Shown in pieces: positions 52,001 through 62,019 of a stretch of DNA of 64,000 nt. The translations under genes were made by a program, and so were the position numbers. Under the pieces are notes generated by a model, which saw only the letters and a program-made list of their open reading frames with translations, had not been told where the DNA came from and did no database searches. Each line of letters begins with the position of its first letter. Within the stretch, counting starts at the first letter, position 1. This DNA is from Stylophora pistillata (Eukaryota), in contig NW_019217799.1 in assembly GCF_002571385.2 (NCBI RefSeq), forward strand, positions 825,675-889,674, given 5' to 3'.

Positions 52001-52128
52001 TGGTACAGATCTTACAATTGCTGCACTGTCTTCAAATTCAGGTGATATTCTACAGTTGGCAAGACACCACTGAAGACGAACTAGAGAAAAGTCTTTACAT
52101 CACGTCTCTTTATGATTTATATGCTTAG
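37444..52128 (+). CDS. MANBA: Lysosomal beta-mannosidase (glycoside hydrolase family 2), 22 exons
   Basis: Exons: 37444-37723, 38881-39194, 39633-39667, 41004-41071, 41205-41443, 42445-42547, 42933-43001, 43920-44061, 44555-44648, 45112-45191, 45812-45860, 46769-46910, 47492-47671, 47853-47950, 48505-48573, 48647-48681, 49621-49681, 50094-50195, 50573-50674, 51211-51393, 51546-51695, 52042-52128. Motifs: [49 protein letters not shown] (acid/base Glu), [10 protein letters not shown] (nucleophile Glu), [17 protein letters not shown]. Confidence 0.96.
39981..40264. mobile_element. Double-hairpin non-autonomous element without TSD, nested in a TTAACCC-family MITE (39873-40367)
   Basis: TTTTTATCCAAC...GTTGGATAATAA-ATCTC-TTATTAGACG...CGTCTAATAAGATATAT. 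Removing it restores CAACTT|CTACTTGATAAG, matching the host-family copy at 12379 (CAACTTCTACCTGACAAG). Confidence 0.75.
44105..44345 (+). mobile_element. Interspersed repeat (second copy at about 55370-55625)
   Basis: Both copies share GAGTGTCGTA...AAAACCAAA...AAAGCGCGGGAAAAC...TGATTGGTTGAGAGA...TTTTCTGGAC...CAAAGCAAAGTAAAGCAAAAC. Confidence 0.65.
47040..47125 (-). mobile_element. Penelope-like terminal fragment with hammerhead-like core
   Basis: The minus strand reads TCTGACGA-AGGGCTAACGCTC-AAAAC-GTC-AGA, followed by ATGGTGACTAATTTACGTTATCAACTCAGTTGATAA. Confidence 0.55.
48864..49145 (-). mobile_element. Full-length tRNA-derived SINE
   Basis: Minus strand: A box TGGCGTAGTGG, B box GGTTCGATTCC, central GGTTTTTCTCCGGGTACTCCGGTTTTCCCC core, and a (TTA)n tail. 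Confidence 0.85.
51682..51921 (+). repeat. Direct duplication (about 112 bp, period 128) of the MANBA exon 21 donor region
   Basis: AACCTTCCAAGACG|GTATGA...CCTGGGAACGAGGTT at 51682-51793 and 51810-51921. Confidence 0.92.
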
Positions 52129-52613
52129 ATAATTTAGTTATATAATTTTGCCATCCCTGACATAGATGTTATTAATTAGATCTAGAAAGTCGGTGAGTTT
52201 TCAACTCGTCGTCCTTTGTGAAAACTCAATTTTGTAATTTTTCATTCAAGTAAACAGCTGTCCATACAACCAGGTATCGATAGTTAAAGAAAACAACAGG
52301 ATGAAAATGGAATTGAACAAAACTTGTAAAAAAAAAGGCGAACACTTGAACTTGCATCTGCTACATACTTAAAAAAAAGTCGTCGGATGTTACGATAATT
52401 CGTCGTGCGATTTGCAGAGACTGTGATACTTTCTTTCCCCTTGAGCGGGAACTTGAATAGTAATTGCTTGGCAGTCACTAGTTATTCTTAAAGTTTAAGC
52501 TGTTAGTTCATCCCATTTTTCGTGCGGCGTTCGTGCGAGAAAAACCACTCGGAGAACTCGGGCGAAGAGGCACTTTTGGAGCGAAATCTTTGTGAAACGC
52601 GTTGAGGGTTAAC

Positions 52614-52683
52614 CAACCTCATTCCCAGGGCTTTTTGAATATTTTGGCGCCAAAATATTCAAAAAGCCCTGGGAACGAGGTTG
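52614..52683. mobile_element. 70-bp hairpin MITE (CAACCTC.TTCCCAGGG ends)
   Basis: CAACCTCATTCCCAGGGCTTTTTGAATATTTTGGC|GCCAAAATATTCAAAAAGCCCTGGGAACGAGGTTG is a palindrome with a single mismatch. Confidence 0.8.
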
Positions 52684-54140
52684 GGGGTTAACGGAAGATC
52701 GACGGCCACGCGGTTTGTGCCTGTTAAGACAGATCGTTATTTTTTTATTTTTTTTATTTTTAATTTAAAGGTGCATTTTATCGGCTCAAACAACACTTAG
52801 CTAAATGAATGTAACCAATTTAAACTCAACCCGCAGAATTGGATAACACCATTGAATAAAATTGTACGAAGTGCATCTATGTTGCTTAGCAATCCCTGAA
52901 ATATGGATTGAAATTTGATGTGTTTTGATTGAAATTTGTAGAAAATCGCTAATGTTACGTGTAGCAGATATTTCATATGATTCTCCTTTGTTTCTGAGAA
53001 TTTTAGGACTCTGCAAAAGATTCTAATATAAGCATTAGCAGTACAAGTATTTTGAACGCACTGATCGTTTCAAAACAGACTTTCAGTTGTCGATTTCGTA
53101 CGTGAAAAAAAATATCTATTAAATATTATACCATCTCTTTCAGGGAATGTGTTTGCCAAATGAACAAATATTTCTGACATCGCTTTCATTGTTAGTTAAT
53201 TAGCATTTTTTAATGAAAAGACTTTTATATTGTGAGGTTTATGATTGCCAATAAATGTTTTAGCACTAACAGGACGCCGGAATTTGCTCTTTTGGTACTT
53301 AGTGTTCGACAATGCGCGCCATCCTTCGCAGACATTCGGTGGGAGCCCTCGTCGACCGTAAGCAATATAACTGGTAACTCCGCCATCGTAACTTCTTGAT
53401 AAACAAATAGATTATGAGCTCGAAATTCTTTCGTGTGACTGTTTATGAGGGCGAAGCAGGGTCATGTTTTTGTGTAACCGCCGGGCGTATGGCAATTCGC
53501 TCACTGTCTGTGACTCACTGTCTATCACGGAATAGAGAGCGAGTAGCGAGGGCAGTTCGATTGCAGGATTTGGGATGGAAAGCTAATAGATTACTGCTTG
53601 TGCTGGGTATTCCCCAGTTTCTGCCCGGGAATATTCCGTCATGTGGCGCGCGGAGAGGGGGGTATTTGAAGGATAATGATGAAGTTGATTATGGTATCAA
53701 CATTTATTTCTTCATGAATCAATAAAAAACCCTAGTAGCTAAGTCATTGAAAGCCAGTTGTGTCAGCCTGTGTCTTTTTATTTTAGCTAACCACCGCTAG
53801 CAAACGTCATTGGTAAAAATCCATAAAACTTAATCAATGGTTGATGAATAATTCTTACGGAAGGGGAAAAAATAAATTAACGCTAAGACAGTCGATCAGC
53901 GTTGAAGAAACTGATACTTTTTTCCATGACAAGGTGATAACAGGTCATTCGTCTTAAATGTTCCTTTTAAGCATAATTATACAAAAGATTAATGAAGCAA
54001 ATCGAAAAAATAACTGAGTTAAAAAAATGCTGATATAGGAGTAAAGGTACGGTGATTCCTGCCAGATTTGATTAAAATAAGTTTTCGGAGAATTTTTCAT
54101 CGTTACGGGAGTAATTTGGATCTTAAGATCATGAAACAAT

Positions 54141-56844
54141 CTAGATCTCTACGAAGCCATAATTGCCTATCACTTCCTCCACCCACTTGGTGACTATAAA
54201 CATGTTAGCGTACACACCATATTTGTGCGGCCGTGCGCATTCATGACCCCAGGAAACTATTCCTGTAAGATAAAAGCGCCCGCGGTGCTTGCATGCTAGA
54301 GGACCTCCACTGTCGTACTGACAAGCATCGACACCTCCTTTCTCGAATCCAGCGCAAAGAGCCCTGCTATGAACGGTTCCATTGTAGGATTTGGCGCTAT
54401 TGCAAATTTTCGGTGGGACCAGGCGTACCTTGGCCTCGCGCAGAATGTCAGGTTGTGCGCTATTCCATTGGGTGTGGCCCCAACCAGTCACATAACATTC
54501 TTTTCCCCAGGGGAATTTCATCGTCGGACGAAGGAGGCAAATCGGAGAAACGAAGTGGTCATAGATGGCAGGCTCTGACAGACGAAGTAGGGCTGCCCGA
54601 GTAAAAACAAACAAACAACTAATATGAAACAAAAATAACTCAGTTGTTTCTGTGAGGATCACATAGTTTTCAGAGTGAACGGAAGGGGTTAATAAGCTGT
54701 CGCAAATGGAGTATAAAGGGACGACTATAAAAATGAACTGTCGATGAGGGGGTCATTAGACCGCTACAGAACCTAAGGGGTGTAAGGAAAGTTTTAATAT
54801 GACACGACCAAAATTCCCTGACCCCCCCCCGTCCTTATTTCCGGTTCTTAAGAGTGTATGGGAGCCTTAAGTCTTATGTCACTCACCCACATCATAATCG
54901 GGTGGCGTATCGTAAATTCCTTCAAGGAACATTGACTTGTATTTTGGATGAAGATAAATCGCTTCAATGTCCCTGCTCTGCTCAAATACTTCTTTGTCAA
55001 CCAAATGATGTTCACCTAGGACCGCTTTCCAGTCTGATGGCTTTGTAGAGGTATATGAATCTAATGGGGAAAGGTTTGAGAGAAAATCAAATCAGAGAAT
55101 GGTGAAACAGTTACAGGTCCGACATCACCAACAATACGAGCAGCCCCTGATTTTCGACTAAGTTTCTCACGCGAGTTGTAAAAGAAAGTAGATGGAAAAA
55201 GAAAATGTTGTCAGCTGCGCGCTGACAACATTTTTGTATTGCGCATACACAACTGTGGAGTGAGGAACACGAAAAGTAAGCCTTAATACCATTGTTCCAA
55301 TTTTTTTTTACTTGCGTGACGGGCTTCGCCGTTTTGATGTCTCTGAGAGTCCATATTTCACAATAGCTATTAAAGCATTTTTCGATGGAGTGTCGTAGAA
55401 GTAAAACCAAAGTGATCACAACGACCAATCGAAGGAAAGGAAAATACCGATGAGAACGAACTGTAAAATGAGAAATCTGTCTAAAGCGCGGGAAAACGTG
55501 AGTCAGCAAGTCGCAATTAGTTTTAGTTTGGCATCTGATTGGTTGAGAGAATGGCCTGAGTTTTTCTGGACCAGTAACAAAGCAAAGTAAAGCAAAACCA
55601 ATGCAATTATGGATGACTTTCGGCTAAGGAAGGAAAGTACATATTCAAACCTCCAATAATAAAGTAACTCTTATCTTAGAGAGCACAAAAATACCTCATG
55701 CGCAGGAGTTTACTTACCGTGGAAACAATGAGTAGCCGATACGACCCAGTGAGGAGAGATGAGGGAGCCTCCACAGAACTGTGACTGATTGAAGAGCAAA
55801 GCAACTTGCCAGGGCCATGCGCCCTGTGCACTCTGGGTACCTCCCACGATGCGACGAAATAGGCTCGCACTGTCACTCCTTAGATCAGAAAATCTTTTAC
55901 CACAAGATCTGTATCCTGGAATTGAAAACGGCGAAACGTTAAAAGGGTTATCTTTTGTGCATGAAAGATAAGTCGATCTAAGTCAAAAATGTCTTAGAAT
56001 ATGAAAACTTAGGCCAGGTATTAACGGTTACCTGACAACATTAAATCGAGTACAACCATGCTCCAGTTTTCTGGATGGTTTGTTTTGGAAACTGACTGGA
56101 CGAGATGAACGGGTTTGATCTGAGTATTTCAGATATTTGATCTGGGCTCTATCATGTTTTTTTTTCTTATCTTTTTTCAAAAGGAACCATTCGTTTAAAC
56201 TTCAAAAAGGGAAAAGATCTTGCATCTGTTCAGTAGAAATAGTGCCGGTGGTTTGCCAACAGCATCCCACTGGTTTTACGACTCCTAAGAAAAGTATTAA
56301 TCTATGTATAAAATTTTCTAACAGACCCGTCCATCGAGCCTTATTTTGTTAAAAAATACAGGAAAGCAGTGGTACCGGTATTACACCCAATTACTGCCGA
56401 AATTTTGTAAGCGGTGCCATTTTAAGATTGTGGCATTGATTGTGTCGGCAACTGAATTTTCTGTGACATGATATACAACAGTTATGCGGCATGTCCTCGA
56501 GACTATGAAAAAGTTACCGTAACCCCTGTATGTTTGGATAAACTGAACTATTGAGTTGCATCTGTAAAGAGCGGAACTCCTCGACGGGTTAAATCATTTT
56601 AAAGTGACAATAGTTTGGAATTAAAGTCCTTGTCCCAGAAATGATCGTAGGGGTCAGTAATATGAATGTCGAAAATTAATGTCATGTTGGGCCATCTGCT
56701 CGTAAAATCAACTTCACCGTGTATTATTATTCACCCTCAGGAAGAAATTTATGTCGGAGTCCTGAAAAAGAAAAAAGTAGATTACTCACCATCGGAGATT
56801 TCGCAAAAGAAGAAGGAAAATAAGAGAGGAAAAACTTGTTTCAT
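54141..56844 (-). CDS. Secreted trypsin-like (S1A) serine protease zymogen
   Basis: Signal-peptide exon 56844-56790 ([18 protein letters not shown]); uncertain exon 56284-56057; exon 55915-55718 (CG..RR/IVGG, WPWQV, FCGGSL, SATHC); exon 55060-54887 (DYDVA); exon 54592-54141 ([24 protein letters not shown]). The His/Asp/Ser triad and S1 Asp189 are present. Confidence 0.88.
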
Positions 56845-58950
56845 GACAAGGGTGATTGTTGCAGAAATGACCTCAGCCGGTAAAATCTTGTGGTTTCCAG
56901 TTGCAATCGAGGAAATCTGCCAGTTCCCTTTTTGCGATTGAAGCTTTAATATACTGAGTCAACAATGAACTTAACAGCTGCAAGCAGAACCATGTAAATG
57001 ATAAAAAAAAGTAATTTCAGGAGCGATTATAGTGTGGAGCAATTACCAATCCAAAAACATTGAATAATCTGAGATAATTTCCATCAATTAACCGAGTAAA
57101 TATAAAAGATTTTTAATTTACAGACCGTCCACGTTAACAATTACTGCTAAACATTATCTGGCAATTTTCATTAAGCCGAACAGCTTTTGTCCTTTTTTCC
57201 TTCCTGGCGGTGTTTGGCCTTCTTAGATATACTAATGAGAAATACACCCCATTTCCTTTTAAATTTACAGCTCTTTTCATGACAGATCTTCCGTGTGTAA
57301 GTTCTTTTCAGATATTGTTAATGACCGAATTTTTTTTTTACTCGACCCACCAGGAGCGAGCATATAGCAAAGGCATTGATCAATTAAAACTCTCTTGTGA
57401 CTTTTGGTTGATACTGAAAAGAAGCCTAGGTTTGTATTAAGACGCAGCTTGAAAAGCGGAGCAGAATATGCAACGAAAATATCATAAAAGCAGTTATTGT
57501 TAGACTTTCCCATTTGAACTTAATAAAGGTAGCACTCATCCATGTTTGATTTTAATTTGTACCTAATTCCTATTTGAATGAAATGTTTGTTTACTGAATT
57601 GAAGAAATAAGCTCTTCCTTTCATATCGTGCCTTGACCCAAACTATCGAGAAATAACTTTGAAATCTCTTCGAAAGCTCAATGTACAATTTTCGGTATTG
57701 AAAGTGTCGAGGGCTTCAAACTTGCCTATTTGTTTGTTTTGGATTGGATAACAAACACCTGGTACTATGGATATAGATTGGTAAGGACTGACTTTTCACT
57801 GAACTGCTGAGCACGGTGGAAGGGACCATAACTCGTCCCGTGAGAAGCCTGACCTCGTACTTAATGTTTCTTACCCCAACCCTTGCAAAATTTACAACTT
57901 TATGAGATCAATTACATCGAAATTGAGGCTAAAAATAGATGAGGTTGAATCCAACCGAGAGCGTTTGGACTAAAAGTAGTTGATTGGAAATAAGGTGATT
58001 AGTAGTACTTATCTGCGGCCGCACGGTTTTGGGCAATAAATGAACAACGATACATTGCACAGATTAGATAGGAAGTTTTCATTTACCTAAATGATTTAGG
58101 TAAATGATTTAGGTAAATGATTTTTAAATGATTTTGTATGAGCGTAAAGGACGAGGATATATATCTCTCTCCCTCTCTTTTTTATCTTTTTCATAAATAC
58201 AAAATTCTCTAAAATTGATTTCACAACAGATCATATCACTGTCACGTGTTATTAAGAGAATGTGAAAACATCTCCAACGATATTATGAATACTAGAAGTG
58301 CCGCAGGTTTAATAAAGTGAATATTTTCAATCATATCGTGAATAAATCATACATCTGCCTTTTTTTCAGTTGTAGAGGTCAAACTTTTACCGACGGCGGG
58401 AGACAAAAATTTCAATAAAATCAATTGCTATTCTCCCGAATCGAGCCAGAAACACACTCACACGTACAAACCTATGAACAAAAGTTTTTTCGTCGGCCTG
58501 TATCCGTATTCGAAAAATATGGTTTCCCCTAAACTACCGATTTTCCATTGTTTTACGCAATGAATGCAGCTCTTTCAAAATAAAAGTTGGGTAATAACTG
58601 TCAGAAAGTTTTCCCATAAGGTGAGAACACTCGGTTTTTTTCGATAAGAGGAGTATGGCATTTCGTATAGATTTTGTGGACATTTTATACCAAATCTAAT
58701 TAAAAAAACGTACTGAGCGCCTGTTACGAACTGATTCGTTAAAATTTGGCTTTGTTATTAATGAAGAGAAGTTCATATGGGAGCCAGTGCAGATTATTGC
58801 CTGGCTAGGTACTGTCTTGGACAGTAATCAAGGTTTTATTTCTGCTACCGAACAGAGAATTTCAAAGTTGAAGGCGAATATTGATTCTGTCCTCAAGGGA
58901 GACTCTATGATTGTGAATGTGAGAAATTTGGCAACTGTTGTAGGCCAGAT

Positions 58951-59265
58951 ATATATCTTATTAACCAAGCGCGAGGGCCGTACTGGGAGAATATCGGCCC
59001 GAGGTCTTGACAGTACGGACCGAGCGCAGCGAGGTCCGTACAAAAAAGACCGAGGGCCGATATTCTTCCATTACGGTCCCGAGCAACCTTGGTTAATATG
59101 AGATTTATTATACGACTGAAGTTCAAAGGGACACAAGTGCGGTATCATTCGGGACCATTCGGGACAGTGCCCGGTCCAATACTTAGAGAATGTTGGACAG
59201 CAAATAGAGCATTTTGATTGGTTGATTTAGTTATTGGCCCTCTGACTGCCCGAGTCGTGTAATAA
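58951..59265 (+). mobile_element. 315-bp double-hairpin non-autonomous element, copy 1 (in the DIRS RT region)
   Basis: ATATATCTTATTAACCAAGCGCGAGGGCCG...AGTCGTGTAATAA. Excision restores CAG AT|T ATA TCA (QIIS) in frame, with no TSD. Confidence 0.88.
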
Positions 59266-59869
59266 TATATCATTAACGCCTTGTGTGGGCAGTGTGACAA
59301 GAATCCTGACTAGATCATTATGTGCTGCTGTAAATACCAAAGTGTCGTGGAATTCTACTGTGGAATTGACGAAGAAAGCTTGTAACGAATTAATATTTTG
59401 GAGTCAGAATGTCGACTCTCTTATTCGCCGTTGTCCTTGGCTGCCTTTGTCTCAGCCAGCTAAATTAGTTTACTCGGATACTTCTGATTACGTTTGTGGA
59501 TCCTTCATTCATAGTGAAGGCAAAATTTTTCAACAAAATTGGTCTACAATTGAAAGCAATAACAGCTCCACATGGAGGGAGCTTAAAGCTGTAGATCGAG
59601 TTAGCTTTGATCAGTTTTGCTCCTAGTCTTTTAGGTAAGCAGGTTGCATGGTTTACCGATAACACAAATGTTGTTAGCATCGTTCATTCTGGCAGTAAGG
59701 TTACAGAGCTTCAGGGTTTAGCGGTTCGAATTTTTCACGTTTGCGTTAGTTTTGGAATTTCACTCGAGATGAAGAGGATTCCCAGGGATTTTAATTCTTT
59801 TGCTGACCATTTAAGTAGGATTATTGATATTGATGATTATACAATTAATGATGATGTTTTCCAAACTTT

Positions 59870-60360
59870 GGATGTTCGATGCACGGGGACCGCATACCAT
59901 TGACAGATTCGCATGTAGTTATAATGCTAAGCTTTCCCGCTTCAATTCCAGATTTTACCAGCCAGGTACTGAGGCTGTGGATGCTTTTTTACAAGACTGG
60001 GAGTTTGAAAACAATTGGTTACTCCCTCCAGTTTCGCAAATTGCGAGAGTGGTTGATCATTTAAAGTTGTGTAATGCAGAGGGTACACTTGTTATTTCTA
60101 TGTGGAAGTCTTCGTATTTTTGGGTATTACTGTGTAAGGATGGAAGACACTGGAACTGGTTTGTTCATGATTGGGTTGTGCTGCCCAAATTTAAGCAACT
60201 CTTTGTGAGAGGTAAAGCTAAGAATGACATGTTTGGTGCAAGAGAGTTGTCTTTTGCAGTTGTCGCACTGCGTGTTAGTTTCAAGTTGCCTGAGAGGAGA
60301 AATCAAGAAGGATTTTGCACTCATGACAGTGGCTGTTGCTCTATATGTCGCAACGGCTAG
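59870..60360 (+). pseudogene. DIRS-encoded DNA N6-adenine methyltransferase-like domain
   Basis: GPHTIDRFA...FNSRFY.PG..AVDAF.QDW...NWLLPP...GTLV...W pattern downstream of RNase H, as in DIRS1/PAT elements. Confidence 0.7.
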
Positions 60361-60582
60361 CATCTTTTGTACACAGTTAGTCGGAGTCTTTTGTTACTCC
60401 ACGGTCTGAATTCACGTTTGCCCGCATTATTTGTTTGTTATTATTTGCAAGAGTTCCTCGGAATTGTATTAAATGGGAGGCAGCATTATTTTCAGATTTG
60501 TTAGTTACTTTAGTACTCACAATAAAGTTATCTTTTTGCTTCTGATTTCTCCTTTGTTTTGTGTTTTCTTTTTTCTGTATAG

Positions 60583-61900
60583 AGATTTTCCAAGAGGGCC
60601 TCTGGAAAGATACTTCGTTTAAGGATCCAGATTTACAGTCCCTTAGCTCCAGGCTCCAGACGACCATTTTGTTAGCGAGAGCTCCTGGGACGGTAAACAT
60701 GTATGACAGAGCCTTCAGGAAGTGGGAGGAATTCGCCTTGCGCAAGCAGGAGCTGTCGTATTTCCCTGCTAATCCTATGTACGTTGCTATTCATTTAAAA
60801 CATGTTTTAGAATCCACCAGATCGAGTGCCTCTGTTGATACTGCTTTTTATTACACGACTCGAGAAGTCAGAGGGCCAATAACTAAAATCAACCAATCAA
60901 AATGCTCTATTGCCGGTCAATATTCTCTCAGTATTGGACTGGGCACTGTCCCGAATGGTCCCGAATGATACCGCACTTGTGTCCCTTTGAACTTCAGTCG
61001 TGTAATAAATCTCTTATTAACCAAGCTTGCTCGGGACCGTACTGGAAGAATATCGGTCCTCGGTCTTTTTTGTACGGACCTCGCTGCGCTCGGTCCGTAC
61101 TGTCAAGACCTCGGGCCGACATTCTCCCAGTACGGCCCTCGCGCTTGGTTAATAAGATATATTTATACTATCAAGTGGGCTCACGAGTCAGTGGGTCTCG
61201 TATCCCCAACGGATAACCCTTTGGTTAACAGGGTGCGGGATGCCGCCAAGAGAATTTTAGGCACTAAAAGGGGTAATAGAAAAGAACCTCTTTCCATTGA
61301 AATTCTCATGGATGTAATCGATAGTTCTGATTTGTCCAATACCCTTTAACTTAGAAATGTATGTCTTTATGTGCTTTGTTATGCAGGATTTTTTAGGTCG
61401 GAGGAAATCACAAGAATACGAAGAAGTCATATTAAGTTTCTTGAAGACCACATGATAATTAAGGTTGAGAAGAGTAAAACTGATCAGCTTAGGCAAGGAG
61501 ATGAAGTTGTTATCGCGAGTTCAGGGGCAGCGCTTGTCCAGCTTCCATTCTTCAACAGTATTTGAGTAGGTTGAACATCGATCCTCATTCGGATGAATTA
61601 ATTTTCAGGCAGTTGGTCAAGACCAAGTCGTCTTATAAGATGGTTAGCAAAGACAAGCCAATTAGTTATTCTAAGTTCAGAGATCATTTATCAAAGAGTT
61701 TACGTAGTGTAGTAACTGACCCTTCTGTTTATGGCACCCACTCGTTTAGGTCAGGTGGGGTTTCCAAGGCTGCCAATAGTGGAGTGGGTGATCGCGTTTT
61801 TCAGAGGCATGGGCGAGGGAAGAGTGTTTCAACCAAGGACGGCTATGTTAAAAATGATATTGCATCTAGAATTTCAGTCTCTAAATTCTTAGGCTTTTAG
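60583..61900 (+). pseudogene. DIRS tyrosine recombinase (disrupted)
   Basis: SAM-like N-terminus (RAPGTVNMY..AFRKW) and catalytic residues AGFFRSEE, KSKTDQ, HSFRSGG, HGR and DGYV. Interrupted by an insertion, a stop and a frameshift. Confidence 0.85.
60848..61162 (-). mobile_element. 315-bp double-hairpin non-autonomous element, copy 2 (in the DIRS recombinase)
   Basis: Near-identical reverse complement of 58951-59265. Excision restores GCT TT|T TAT ACT ATC AAG TGG (AFYTIKW), with no TSD. Confidence 0.88.
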
Positions 61901-62019
61901 CTCCTAGGCAACTGTCTACTTCTTCAAGCCCTTTCTTTGGCTTCTATGTGTTTCTTCATTATTGTACGCTGGTGCTCGGCCGAAACATGCAAAATAAACC
62001 TAATAGTTCACTATATTAG

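Larger units (their letters stand above)
58740..61990 (+). mobile_element. Decayed, 5'-truncated DIRS-group (tyrosine recombinase) retrotransposon
   Basis: Domain order RT C-terminus (GFVINEEK..WLGTVLDS), RNase H (YSDTS, SSTWRELKAV, WFTDN, ADHLSR), adenine-methyltransferase-like domain, then tyrosine recombinase. It carries frameshifts, stops and two MITE insertions. Confidence 0.9.
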
